A DNA stretch of 64,000 nucleotides from Chthoniobacteraceae bacterium. GTDB lineage: Bacteria > Verrucomicrobiota > Verrucomicrobiia > Chthoniobacterales > Chthoniobacteraceae. The notes under the pieces were generated by a model. It was not told the DNA's origin. It made no database searches and saw only the letters and a program-made list of their open reading frames with translations. Position numbers and translations under genes: made by a program. Position 1 is the first letter of the stretch; every line of letters starts with the position of its first letter. The stretch spans positions 32,001-96,000 of the forward strand of contig JBBCKI010000068.1 in NCBI GenBank assembly GCA_037190965.1, written 5' to 3'. Below, piece after piece: positions 27,740-37,626 of this stretch.

Positions 27740-28780
27740 TCAGGCAGAGAGAGTATCCTGCAAGTGTTTCGCAATGGCAAGAAATGCCTGGCTTACCGGG
27801 CTCTCCGGGTTGGCTGCCGTGACGGGAAGGCCGCGGTCGCCCGCCTCCCTGGTGGCGATATCGATGGGGATTTCTCCCAGGAGCGGTACGCCGAGGCGCT
27901 TCGCTTCCCGCTCGCCGCCGCCGCTGCCGAAGATGTCGTACCGCTTATCGTCGCTCGGGCAGACGAAATAGCTCATGTTCTCGATCAGCCCGAGAATCGG
28001 GACGTTGACCTTGCCGAACATTGAGGAAGCCTTGCGGGCGTCGATCAGCGCGACTTCCTGCGGGGTCGTCACGATCACCGCGCCCGCGAGAGCGACGGTC
28101 TGGACAATGGTGAGCTGGATGTCGCCCGTGCCGGGAGGAAGGTCGAGAATGAGAAAATCGAGTTCACCCCATTCCACCTGCCGCAAAAACTGCTGGGTGT
28201 AACGGGTCACCATCGGCCCACGGAGCACGGCCGGGGAGGTGTCTTCGAGCAGGAAGCCCATAGACATCAGTTTGAGCCCTGCCGTTTCGATGGGAATAAT
28301 GAAATTATCTTCCGTCGCCATTGGCCGCTCCCGGCTCCCGAACATCAGGGCGACGCTCGGGCCGTAAAGGTCGCAGTCGCAAAGCCCGACTTTCGCCCCA
28401 TTGCGCTGGAGCGCGACGGCGAGGTTCGCCGCCACGGTTGATTTGCCGACGCCCCCCTTGCCGCTGGCCACCGCGAGGATGTGTTTAACCCCGGGGATCG
28501 CCGTCGCGACGTTCGCCGAAGCCGCCTGAGGCGGGGCCTGCACGTCGATCCGCACCTGCACGTTGCCGATGCCGGAGATCGCCTTCAACGCCGCCTCGCT
28601 CCCGGTCTTGATCGCCTGTGGGATCGCGTTGTCAGCGGTGGCCAGGCTCATCTGGACGATCACATCCTCCCCGGAGATACGGATCTCTTTGACGAGCCCA
28701 AAAGAAACGATGTCCCGGCTAAATCCCGGGTAGCGGACTTGCGAGAGGGTGCTGCGGATCAGGTCTTCGGTAATGGCCAT
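27740..28780 (-). CDS. mrp: Mrp/NBP35 (ApbC) Fe-S cluster carrier ATPase
   Basis: N-terminal DUF59-like domain, ASGKGGVGKST, DLPPGTGD, TTPQ, ENMS. Confidence 0.93.
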   Translation of the reverse strand: MAITEDLIRSTLSQVRYPGFSRDIVSFGLVKEIRISGEDVIVQMSLATADNAIPQAIKTGSEAALKAISGIGNVQVRIDVQAPPQAASANVATAIPGVKHILAVASGKGGVGKSTVAANLAVALQRNGAKVGLCDCDLYGPSVALMFGSRERPMATEDNFIIPIETAGLKLMSMGFLLEDTSPAVLRGPMVTRYTQQFLRQVEWGELDFLILDLPPGTGDIQLTIVQTVALAGAVIVTTPQEVALIDARKASSMFGKVNVPILGLIENMSYFVCPSDDKRYDIFGSGGGEREAKRLGVPLLGEIPIDIATREAGDRGLPVTAANPESPVSQAFLAIAKHLQDTLSA

Positions 28781-28863
28781 GAGAGAGAATCGATAAACCG
28801 GGATTGAAACTCAAATCCGGGATTGGAGCGAGTGGAAATCTTTAAGGGTTGGAGGCAAGAATG

Positions 28864-29023
28864 GGTAGTCCGCTCGCGCCGCGAGCGCGGGAGACGACGA
28901 TGTAGCGCGTTTGACGTTCATCCCCGCAGGGCGGGTTGTGGGTGTTGGGATGCGGCTTGCAGGGCGGTATGGGAGCCGATACCCGCGCTCGCGGCGCGAG
29001 CGGACTACCGGTGCTTCCGCACC
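28864..29023 (+). repeat. REPIN-like family A, copy 2 (best preserved)
   Basis: Perfect 28-bp inverted repeat GGTAGTCCGCTCGCGCCGCGAGCGCGGG (28864-28891 / 28982-29009) plus GGTGCTTCCGCACC hairpin. Confidence 0.9.
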
Positions 29024-29042
29024 TTGAAAAACCGTAGTGCAC

Positions 29043-30455
<1,413 letters not shown>

Positions 30456-30461
30456 CGCGGT

Positions 30462-30627
30462 TTAGGTCATGTTAACAAATTTGCTGAAATCGGCTAAAAG
30501 CCGGTTTTTGGCCCAAAACGGCCTTCTTCGGGTATCCGACTCGCGATTCGGCTTCCCTCAGAAGCCTCGTTTTCGGCTCAAAAATCGATCTTTTATCCAT
30601 CTTTCTCAATTTGTTAACACGACCTAA
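30462..30627. mobile_element. MITE family D, copy 1 (IS5-like ends)
   Basis: TTAGGTCATGTTAACAAATT...AATTTGTTAACACGACCTAA; right end overlaps the glcD stop; homologous to 35937-36102 and 42311-42407. Confidence 0.8.
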
Positions 30628-31997
30628 TCGAAAATTTTGCCGGGGTTGAGGATCGCGTCCGGGTCGAGCGTCTTCTTGAGCTGCTTGATAAGGTTCAGGC
30701 TGGCGTTGCCGATGGCGCCCGGCAGGAAGCTCTTCTTTGCAAGCCCCACGCCGTGCTCTCCGGTGATCGTGCCGCCCAGTTCCACGGCGAAATCGAAAAT
30801 CTCCTTCATCGCTTTTTCCACCCGATGCATCTCCTCGGTGTTCCGCTCGTCCGTCAGGAAGGTCGGGTGAAGGTTACCATCGCCCATGTGGCCGAAAGTG
30901 CCAACCCGCAGGTTGTAACGCTCCGCGACACCCTGGATGAAGTTGACCATGCGGGCGAGTTCGCTGCGCGGCACCGTCGCGTCTTCGAGAATCGTCGTGG
31001 GAGCCACGCGGGCCAGCGCGGAGAACGCCGAGCGGCGTGCGGAGGCGAGCTTCGTCGCCTCGTCGGCCGTCTGCGCGATTTGCACGGTGGTGGCTCCGCA
31101 GCGGCGGGCGACCTCTTCCATTTTTGCGGCTTCGTCGGCCACCACGGCGGGATGCCCGTCGGTCTCCATCAGCAGGATCGCCTCGGCGTCCAGCGGTAAG
31201 CCGATGTGCGCGAAGTCTTCCACGCAACGGATCGTGATCTTGTCGAGAAACTCCATCGTGCATGGGATGATCTTCTCCGCGATGATGGCGGAGACCGTCT
31301 CCGCCGCGGCGTCCATCCGGGAGAAGGTGGCGAGCATCGTCTTCTTGGTCTGCGGCTTGGGCACGAGCTTGAGCAGGATCTTCGTGATGATCCCGAGCGT
31401 CCCTTCGCTGCCGACGAAGACATCTTTCATCGAATACCCGGCCACGTCCTTCACGCACTTGTTGCCGAGCCAGATCACTTCGCCGGTCGCCATGACGACT
31501 TCCAGCCCCATCACGTAGTCGCGGGTGATGCCATACTTGAGCCCGCGCAGGCCGCCGGAGTTCTCCGCGACGTTGCCGCCGATGGTCGAGATTTTCATCG
31601 AGCCCGGGTCCGGCGGATAGAGCAGGCCGGCTCCGTCGGCCAATTCGGCCACCGTGATCGTCGTCACTCCCGGTTCCACGAGGATCGTGAGATTCTTCTG
31701 ATCGAGCTCCAGCACCTGGTTCATCTTCGTGAGGCAGAGGACGATGCTGCCCGCCTGCGGGATGCTGCCACCGCTCAGGCCGGTGCCCGAGCCGCGTGTC
31801 ACCACCGGTGTCTTACGAGCGGCGGCGTATTTGATGATGCGGGCGACTTCCTCCGTCGTCTGGGGAAAGGCGACGCAGGAGGCCACGCCGGAGATCGCGG
31901 CGGTGCCGTCGAACCCGTAGACGGCCAGGTGCTCCGGCTCAAAAAGGACCCTCTCCCGGCCGAGGATTTCAATCAGATCGGTGACAAGCTTATCCAT
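30624..31997 (-). CDS. glcD: FAD-linked glycolate/D-lactate oxidase subunit (GlcD-like)
   Basis: RGSGTGLSGG, PPDPGS, GSEGTLGII, GHMGDGNLH, GEHGVG, LNPGKIF. Confidence 0.88.
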   Translation of the reverse strand: MDKLVTDLIEILGRERVLFEPEHLAVYGFDGTAAISGVASCVAFPQTTEEVARIIKYAAARKTPVVTRGSGTGLSGGSIPQAGSIVLCLTKMNQVLELDQKNLTILVEPGVTTITVAELADGAGLLYPPDPGSMKISTIGGNVAENSGGLRGLKYGITRDYVMGLEVVMATGEVIWLGNKCVKDVAGYSMKDVFVGSEGTLGIITKILLKLVPKPQTKKTMLATFSRMDAAAETVSAIIAEKIIPCTMEFLDKITIRCVEDFAHIGLPLDAEAILLMETDGHPAVVADEAAKMEEVARRCGATTVQIAQTADEATKLASARRSAFSALARVAPTTILEDATVPRSELARMVNFIQGVAERYNLRVGTFGHMGDGNLHPTFLTDERNTEEMHRVEKAMKEIFDFAVELGGTITGEHGVGLAKKSFLPGAIGNASLNLIKQLKKTLDPDAILNPGKIFD

Positions 31998-32152
31998 GAT
32001 AACGTGAGGAGGACGATGTGGGGGGTAGGAAGGAGAATGAAGGACTTTTTATGATCGTCTTCAATCGTAAAACTTTGAAGTTAACCGGTGTGGGCTGCAA
32101 TCGTGAAATTCACCATGGACTAGATTCTTATGGCAAGTAATCTCGAAAATGC

Positions 32153-32890
32153 ATGAGCACGCATCTTTCCCACATTTCCCAAAAATCGATCCCGACCCGT
32201 GAGCGTTTGATCTTTGCGCTCGATGTCGAAAACGCCGCCGACGCTAAAGCATTGGTCGAAAAGCTGGGGGATTCGGTGCTCTTCTACAAGGTCGGCCTTG
32301 AGCTTTTTATGGCGGGTGGCTACTACGAGTTGATCGATTGGCTGGCCGAGAAGGGGAAGAAAATTTTCGTCGACCTCAAGTTTTTCGACGTCCCTGAGAC
32401 CGTCAAACGTGCCGTCGCTGCCTTGAAGGGCCGTCCGGTGGAGTTCGCCACCGTGCACGGCAACCAGGGAATCATGGAAGCCGCCGTCGCGGCCGACAGC
32501 GGGGTGAAGATCCTCGCCGTCACCGTGCTCACCAGCCTCGACCGGGGCGATCTGGCCGACCTCGGCTTTGACTGCGACACCCCGGAATTGGTGCTCTCCC
32601 GTGCCCGCCGCGCGTTGGAAGCCGGTTGCGCCGGAGTGATTTCCTCCGGACTGGAAGCCGCTCGCTTGCGCGAGAACATCGACAACCGGCTCCTCATTAT
32701 CTCCCCCGGCATTCGCCCCGTGGACAACGCCACGACCGACGACCAGAAACGGATCGTCACGCCGCGCGCGGCCTTTGAGGCCGGGGCCGACTACATCGTC
32801 GTCGGGCGGCCGATCCGCAACGCCGCAGATCCCCGCGAGAAGGCGGAGGAGATCCAGGCGGAGATTGCGAGTGTTTTTGCGGTAGAGTAA
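32153..32890 (+). CDS. pyrF: Orotidine-5'-phosphate decarboxylase
   Basis: FALD, KVGLEL, DLKFFDVPETV, PGIR, VVGRPI. Confidence 0.96.
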   Translation: MSTHLSHISQKSIPTRERLIFALDVENAADAKALVEKLGDSVLFYKVGLELFMAGGYYELIDWLAEKGKKIFVDLKFFDVPETVKRAVAALKGRPVEFATVHGNQGIMEAAVAADSGVKILAVTVLTSLDRGDLADLGFDCDTPELVLSRARRALEAGCAGVISSGLEAARLRENIDNRLLIISPGIRPVDNATTDDQKRIVTPRAAFEAGADYIVVGRPIRNAADPREKAEEIQAEIASVFAVE

Positions 32891-32915
32891 GCCTAAAAAC
32901 GGCAATGGGAGGGGC

Positions 32916-33338
32916 CTAGTCCTCTCCCTCTTCCGCTTCTTTCGGGAAATCGTAAGGTTTTGTGTTCTTGGGACCGATCTTCACGGTCACGGCTTCCAGC
33001 TCGCCGGTATCGCGTTTGCGCGTGGAGCCGCGAATTTCGACGCCGGGCTTGAGATCGGTAACGTTGGCGGGAGAGCCGTCGCTTTTTAGAAAACGGGTCG
33101 TCTCCATGACATAGACGAGACGCACCTTTTTCTTGCCCATGCGGAAGTTCTTCCCCTCGGGATCGACGGAAAAGACAACGCTCTTGAAGGGCACCGCGCG
33201 CCCCAGCTTGGGCCGGGTGACGATGTCCTCGTTGGTCGTCTCGCTGGATGCCGCGGAAGACTCAGCGGCAGCGGGAAGGTGGCTCAAAGGCAGCAGCGCC
33301 AGGGCCAGAAGCACGGCAACGGTGGAGAAAGCCTTCAT
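32916..33338 (-). CDS. Small exported hypothetical protein (beta-rich, possibly DUF5666-like)
   Basis: Signal peptide; TTRF...DLKPGVEIRG motif. Confidence 0.6.
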   Translation of the reverse strand: MKAFSTVAVLLALALLPLSHLPAAAESSAASSETTNEDIVTRPKLGRAVPFKSVVFSVDPEGKNFRMGKKKVRLVYVMETTRFLKSDGSPANVTDLKPGVEIRGSTRKRDTGELEAVTVKIGPKNTKPYDFPKEAEEGED

Positions 33339-33413
33339 GGGTGGACTCTGTCCTACGCGGTAAGCGTCAATACGTCAATGCGTGAGGGTATTGTCCGGTT
33401 TGGAGGACGGCAA

Positions 33414-33584
33414 GGTAGACCGCTCGCGCCGCGAGCGCGGGATGGATTTACAAATCGGGTTTGGCATCCATCCCCGCAGGACGGACCAGGACGGTCTGTT
33501 GATGTTGGGATGTGGTCTTCATGATGACACGGGAGCCGATATCCGCGCTCGGCGGCGCGAGCGGGCTACCGGTGCTGCCGCACC
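33414..33584 (+). repeat. REPIN-like family A, copy 3
   Basis: GGTAGACCGCTCGCGCCGCGAGCGCGGG...GCGAGCGGGCTACCGGTGCTGCCGCACC. Confidence 0.9.
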
Positions 33585-33601
33585 TTTTTTATTGAGGGAC
33601 C

Positions 33602-35296
33602 TTACATCTTCTCCGGCGTGGAGATTCCTAGCAGACCCAATCCTTGCCTGAGTACCCGCGCGCTCAAATCGCAGAGCGCCAGCCGCGAATCGCGGACGGC
33701 TCCTTCGCTCTTGAGGACCGGGCACGCTTCGTAGAAGGCGTGGAAGGTGTTGGCAAGCTCGTAGAGGTAGTTGGCCAGCAGGTTGGGGCGGAAGTCTTCC
33801 AACGTCTGCGGGACGACCTCGCCGAACTGCATCAGTTTCTTGGAAAGCGTGAATTCCGCCGGATCGGTGAAAGTCAGCGATGCCGGGAGCGTGAATGCCG
33901 CGTCGAGCTTGCGGAAGATGGAGCGGATCCTGACGTAGGCGTTTTGCAGGTAAGGGGCGGTGTTCCCCTGGAAGGAGAGCATCTTGTCCCATGAGAAAAC
34001 GTAGTCGGTCATGCGGAATTGGGAGAGCTCCGCGTATTTCACCGCGCCGATGCCGATGGTGCGCGCGATGGCGGCCTTTTCCTCGGGCGGCAGGCCGGGG
34101 TTCTTCTCCTCCACGATGCGGAGGGCGCGTTGCTGCGCCTCTTCGAGCACGTCGCGAAGCTGCACGTTCTCGCCCGAGCGCGTTTTCATCAGTTTGCGGT
34201 CTTCGCCAAGAATGCTGCCGAAGGCGACATGCTTGAGTTCGCTGGTGATCCCCATTTTGTGGGCGACGGAGAAAACCTGCTCGAAGTGCAATGCCTGCGG
34301 AGCGCCGACGACATACCAGATCGCGTCGGGATGCCACCGTTCCACGCGGTATTCCAGCGTGGCGAGATCGGTGGTGGCGTAGAGAAAGCCGCCGTCGCTC
34401 TTGCGGATGAGGCATGGCTTGTCCGCGAGCGCCGGGTTGTCGCGGAAGAAGATGCAGACGGCTCCTTCGCTGACTTCCGCCGTGCCGCCGGCAAGAAGGT
34501 GGTCGACCAGCGGGGCAAGCCGGTCGTTGTAAAAACTTTCGCCCAGATGTTCGTCGAAGTGGATATCGAGCAGCCCGTACATCGCCTCGAACTCTTTCCA
34601 TGAGAGCGCCACCGTCTGTTTCCAGATCTCGAGATTTTCGGCGTCCCCTCCCTGAAGCTTCACCAGTTCTTCGCGGCAGGCGGTGAGGATGGCGGGGTCG
34701 CTGTCGGCCAGGGCGTTGGCCTCTTTGTAAAGGCGCACGAGTTCCTTGATCGGGCTCGCCGCCAGCGCCGCGTCGTCGCGGAAATGCTTCCAGCCGTAGA
34801 TGACCTTGCCGAACTGCGTCCCCCAGTCACCGACATGGTTGTCGGTGATGACGTTGTGGCCGAGGAACCGGGCGATGCGGGTCAACGTATCGCCGAGAAT
34901 GGTGCTGCGGATGTGGCCGACATGCATTGGCTTGGCGACGTTGGGCGAACTGAAATCGAGGATGATCGTCCGTTTCGGCTCCGCTTCCGGCACGCCGAGG
35001 CGCGTTCCTTCCATGAGCGAGCGGGTGTGCCGCTCCACAAAATCGGGCCGCAGGCGGAAATTGATGAACCCGGCTCCCGCGATCTCCGGCGTATCGCAAA
35101 GATCCTCCACGCGGAGCGCTTCGATGATCTGAGCGGCGATCTGGCGCGGGTTGGCCCGCTGCGCCTTTGCCAGCAGCATGGCAGCGTTGGTCTGGTAATC
35201 GCCAAAGCGGGCGTCGTTGGTGGAGGAAACCAGGGCGGTGGCTCCTGCTGGTACGGCGTCACGCAAGCGGGATTCGAGAAGAGTCTGGATCGTCAT
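33602..35296 (-). CDS. argS: Arginine--tRNA ligase
   Basis: DFSSPNVAKPMHVGHIRS, NHVGDWGTQFG, MKTRSG, GNTAPYLQNAYVR. Confidence 0.97.
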   Translation of the reverse strand: MTIQTLLESRLRDAVPAGATALVSSTNDARFGDYQTNAAMLLAKAQRANPRQIAAQIIEALRVEDLCDTPEIAGAGFINFRLRPDFVERHTRSLMEGTRLGVPEAEPKRTIILDFSSPNVAKPMHVGHIRSTILGDTLTRIARFLGHNVITDNHVGDWGTQFGKVIYGWKHFRDDAALAASPIKELVRLYKEANALADSDPAILTACREELVKLQGGDAENLEIWKQTVALSWKEFEAMYGLLDIHFDEHLGESFYNDRLAPLVDHLLAGGTAEVSEGAVCIFFRDNPALADKPCLIRKSDGGFLYATTDLATLEYRVERWHPDAIWYVVGAPQALHFEQVFSVAHKMGITSELKHVAFGSILGEDRKLMKTRSGENVQLRDVLEEAQQRALRIVEEKNPGLPPEEKAAIARTIGIGAVKYAELSQFRMTDYVFSWDKMLSFQGNTAPYLQNAYVRIRSIFRKLDAAFTLPASLTFTDPAEFTLSKKLMQFGEVVPQTLEDFRPNLLANYLYELANTFHAFYEACPVLKSEGAVRDSRLALCDLSARVLRQGLGLLGISTPEKM

Positions 35297-35385
35297 GGAA
35301 GAAAAGCGAACTGGAGAACCCCCCCGGGCGGGTCGCTCCTCTTCAACGTTCCAGAGGGGCGGCCTGGGGGTCGGAGGAAGGCGAC

Positions 35386-35856
35386 TTAAGCGCGGGCGGA
35401 GGGCGAGGCCTCAAAGATGCTCAGGATCTCCGGGGCATTTTGGGCGGTTGCCAGCCGTTCGCGGACCGTGCGGTCGTTGAGGAACTTGGCGATGGCGGCC
35501 AGCGTGCGGAGATGGGTCTGAAATTGGTCCTTGGGAACGATGAAAAGGACGATGAACTTGACCGGGAGATTGTCGAGCGAATCGAACTCGATCCCAGCCT
35601 CCGAGCGGCCAAAGGCGGCGACGACCTGGGAGACGCGGTCCGAGGAGGCGTGCGGGATGGCGATACCGAACCCGATGCCGGTGCTCATGGTTTCCTCGCG
35701 AGCGCGCAGGGCGGCAAGGACGACGTCGCGGTCACCGGGGTTGATCTTGCCGAGCCTGACAAGAAGGTCGACCAGTTCCACAATGGCGGACCACCGCTCG
35801 GTCGCCTTCATTTCCGGAATAATCTGATCAACTGATAGTAGATGCCCCAACGTCAT
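35386..35856 (-). CDS. PTS EIIA (PtsN/fructose-type) domain protein
   Basis: REETMSTGIGFGIAIPHA, GIEFDSLD, HLRTLA. Confidence 0.9.
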   Translation of the reverse strand: MTLGHLLSVDQIIPEMKATERWSAIVELVDLLVRLGKINPGDRDVVLAALRAREETMSTGIGFGIAIPHASSDRVSQVVAAFGRSEAGIEFDSLDNLPVKFIVLFIVPKDQFQTHLRTLAAIAKFLNDRTVRERLATAQNAPEILSIFEASPSARA

Positions 35857-35936
35857 GGTTCCTGTCGAAAGGACTGCGACTGTAGGCAGTGCATTGCCCC
35901 AACGCAAGAGACTTTTCCCCGGCGTTTCAAACCGGG

Positions 35937-36102
35937 TTAGGTTGTATTTACGAATTTGCTGAGGAGCGGCTAAAAGGCGCTTTTTGGCCAAAAATCCAGC
36001 TCCTCAGGGGTCCGAATCTCGATTCGGCCCTCTTCGATCGCCGCATTTTTGACTCAAAAATCGTTCTTTTATCCATCTCTCTCAATTCGCAAACACAACC
36101 TG
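35937..36102. mobile_element. MITE family D, copy 2
   Basis: TTAGGTTGTATTTACGAATTTGCTGA...CTTTTATCCATCTCTCTCAATTCGCAAACACAACCT. Confidence 0.8.
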
Positions 36103-36153
36103 GAGCGCGATTCCATTGTCGCCAAGCGATTTGCCGGTGCTATAACAACGCGC

Positions 36154-37614
36154 ATGAAGATTCTGATGGTGGGCACGGAGATGGCGCCGCTCGCGCGTAC
36201 CGGCGGGCTTGGCGACGTTCTGGAGGCGTTGCCTGCGGAACTGCAACGGCGCGGGCATGAAGTGAGCGTCGTTCTGCCGCTCTACCGGAGCATCCGCGAA
36301 GACCCTTCGGTCACTCTCCGTAGCACGGGAGTGGAGGTCACCGTGAATGTCGGTGCCAAGCGGATGGACGCGGCGATTTACGAGACGACCGCCCCGAACG
36401 GGGTGCAGGTATTTTTTGTCCGCCGGGATGAATATTTCGACCGTTCAGGCATTTACGGAGACGACAGCGGGCGCAGCTATGATGACAACGCGGAGCGGTT
36501 TATTTATTTCTCCCGGGCCTCGGTCGAACTGGCCTGTCATATCACCCCGGCTCCCGATGTCATCCACGCGCACGATTGGCAGGCCGCGCTTGCGCCGGTG
36601 TTCGTGAAGGAGCGCGGGCTCCCGTTCGGGACGGTGCTCACGATCCATAATCTCGCTTATCAGGGAAGTTTTTGGGGGATTGATTTCGGGCTCACGAACC
36701 TGCCCGGGCACTACTTCAGCGAGCATGGGCTGGAATTTCACGGGCAACTCAATTTTCTCAAGGGGGGCATCCTGGCTTCCGATGCCGTGACCACCGTGAG
36801 CGAGCGGTACGCGCGCGACATCCAGACGCCGGAGTTCGGGTGCGGGCTCGACGGGGTTCTGCGGGCGCACGCGTCCAAGATCGTCGGGATTCTCAACGGG
36901 GCCGATTACACGGTGTGGAACCCGGCGACCGACAAGTCGATCGCGGCGCATTACTCCCCGCAATCGCTCGCGGGAAAGCGCGCCTGCCGCGACGCGCTGC
37001 TTGGGGAAATGGGGCTTCAGCCCAACCCTCGCGGGCCTGTTTTTGCCATGGTGAGCCGGCTGGCGGATCAGAAGGGGATCGATCTGCTCGCCCCCGTGCT
37101 CGACCGCTTGCTCGCCGATGATGTGCGGCTGGTCATTCTCGGCGAAGGGGAGACCCGGTTTGAACGAGAGCTTCTCGTCGCCTCCCGTCGTTATCCCGGG
37201 AAGTTTGCCTTCCGGCAGGGATTCGACGATGCCCTGGCTCATCGCATTGACGCCGGGGCCGACGTGGTGCTCATCCCGTCGCATTTCGAACCGTGCGGCC
37301 TGACGGCGATGTACGCGCTCAAGTATGGCGCGATCCCGGTCGTGCGCGCTTCGGGCGGGCTTCACCAGATCGTGCGGGATGATGACCCCGTCTCGAATGG
37401 CGGCGGTAACGGCTTCGTTTTCTACGAGGAGAGCGCCGAGGCATTCTGGGACGCTATTGGAAGGGCCAAGAAGCTTTTCGCCAATCGCGAAGCGTGGGCG
37501 GCGCTGACTGCTCGCGCCATGGAGGCCAATTTTTCCTGGCCCGTCGCCGCCGGGCGTTACGAACAGGTTTACGAGAGTGTCACCCGTCACCTGCCGCTTC
37601 CTGTTCCGAAGTAA
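36154..37614 (+). CDS. glgA: Glycogen synthase (GT5)
   Basis: RTGGLGDV, HAHDWQ, TIHNLAYQG, SRLADQKG, EPCGL. Confidence 0.93.
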   Translation: MKILMVGTEMAPLARTGGLGDVLEALPAELQRRGHEVSVVLPLYRSIREDPSVTLRSTGVEVTVNVGAKRMDAAIYETTAPNGVQVFFVRRDEYFDRSGIYGDDSGRSYDDNAERFIYFSRASVELACHITPAPDVIHAHDWQAALAPVFVKERGLPFGTVLTIHNLAYQGSFWGIDFGLTNLPGHYFSEHGLEFHGQLNFLKGGILASDAVTTVSERYARDIQTPEFGCGLDGVLRAHASKIVGILNGADYTVWNPATDKSIAAHYSPQSLAGKRACRDALLGEMGLQPNPRGPVFAMVSRLADQKGIDLLAPVLDRLLADDVRLVILGEGETRFERELLVASRRYPGKFAFRQGFDDALAHRIDAGADVVLIPSHFEPCGLTAMYALKYGAIPVVRASGGLHQIVRDDDPVSNGGGNGFVFYEESAEAFWDAIGRAKKLFANREAWAALTARAMEANFSWPVAAGRYEQVYESVTRHLPLPVPK

Positions 37615-37626
37615 GACTGTCCGCCG

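Noticed and set aside
32081..32089. TTAACCGGT upstream of glcD/pyrF resembling the LacI operator
   Set aside because: Only 9 of 12 bases match and the right half-site is broken; could be chance.
35857..36153. Longer starts for the EIIA gene (35991) and glgA (36049)
   Set aside because: The extensions are read through MITE copy 2; conserved domains begin at 35856 and 36154.
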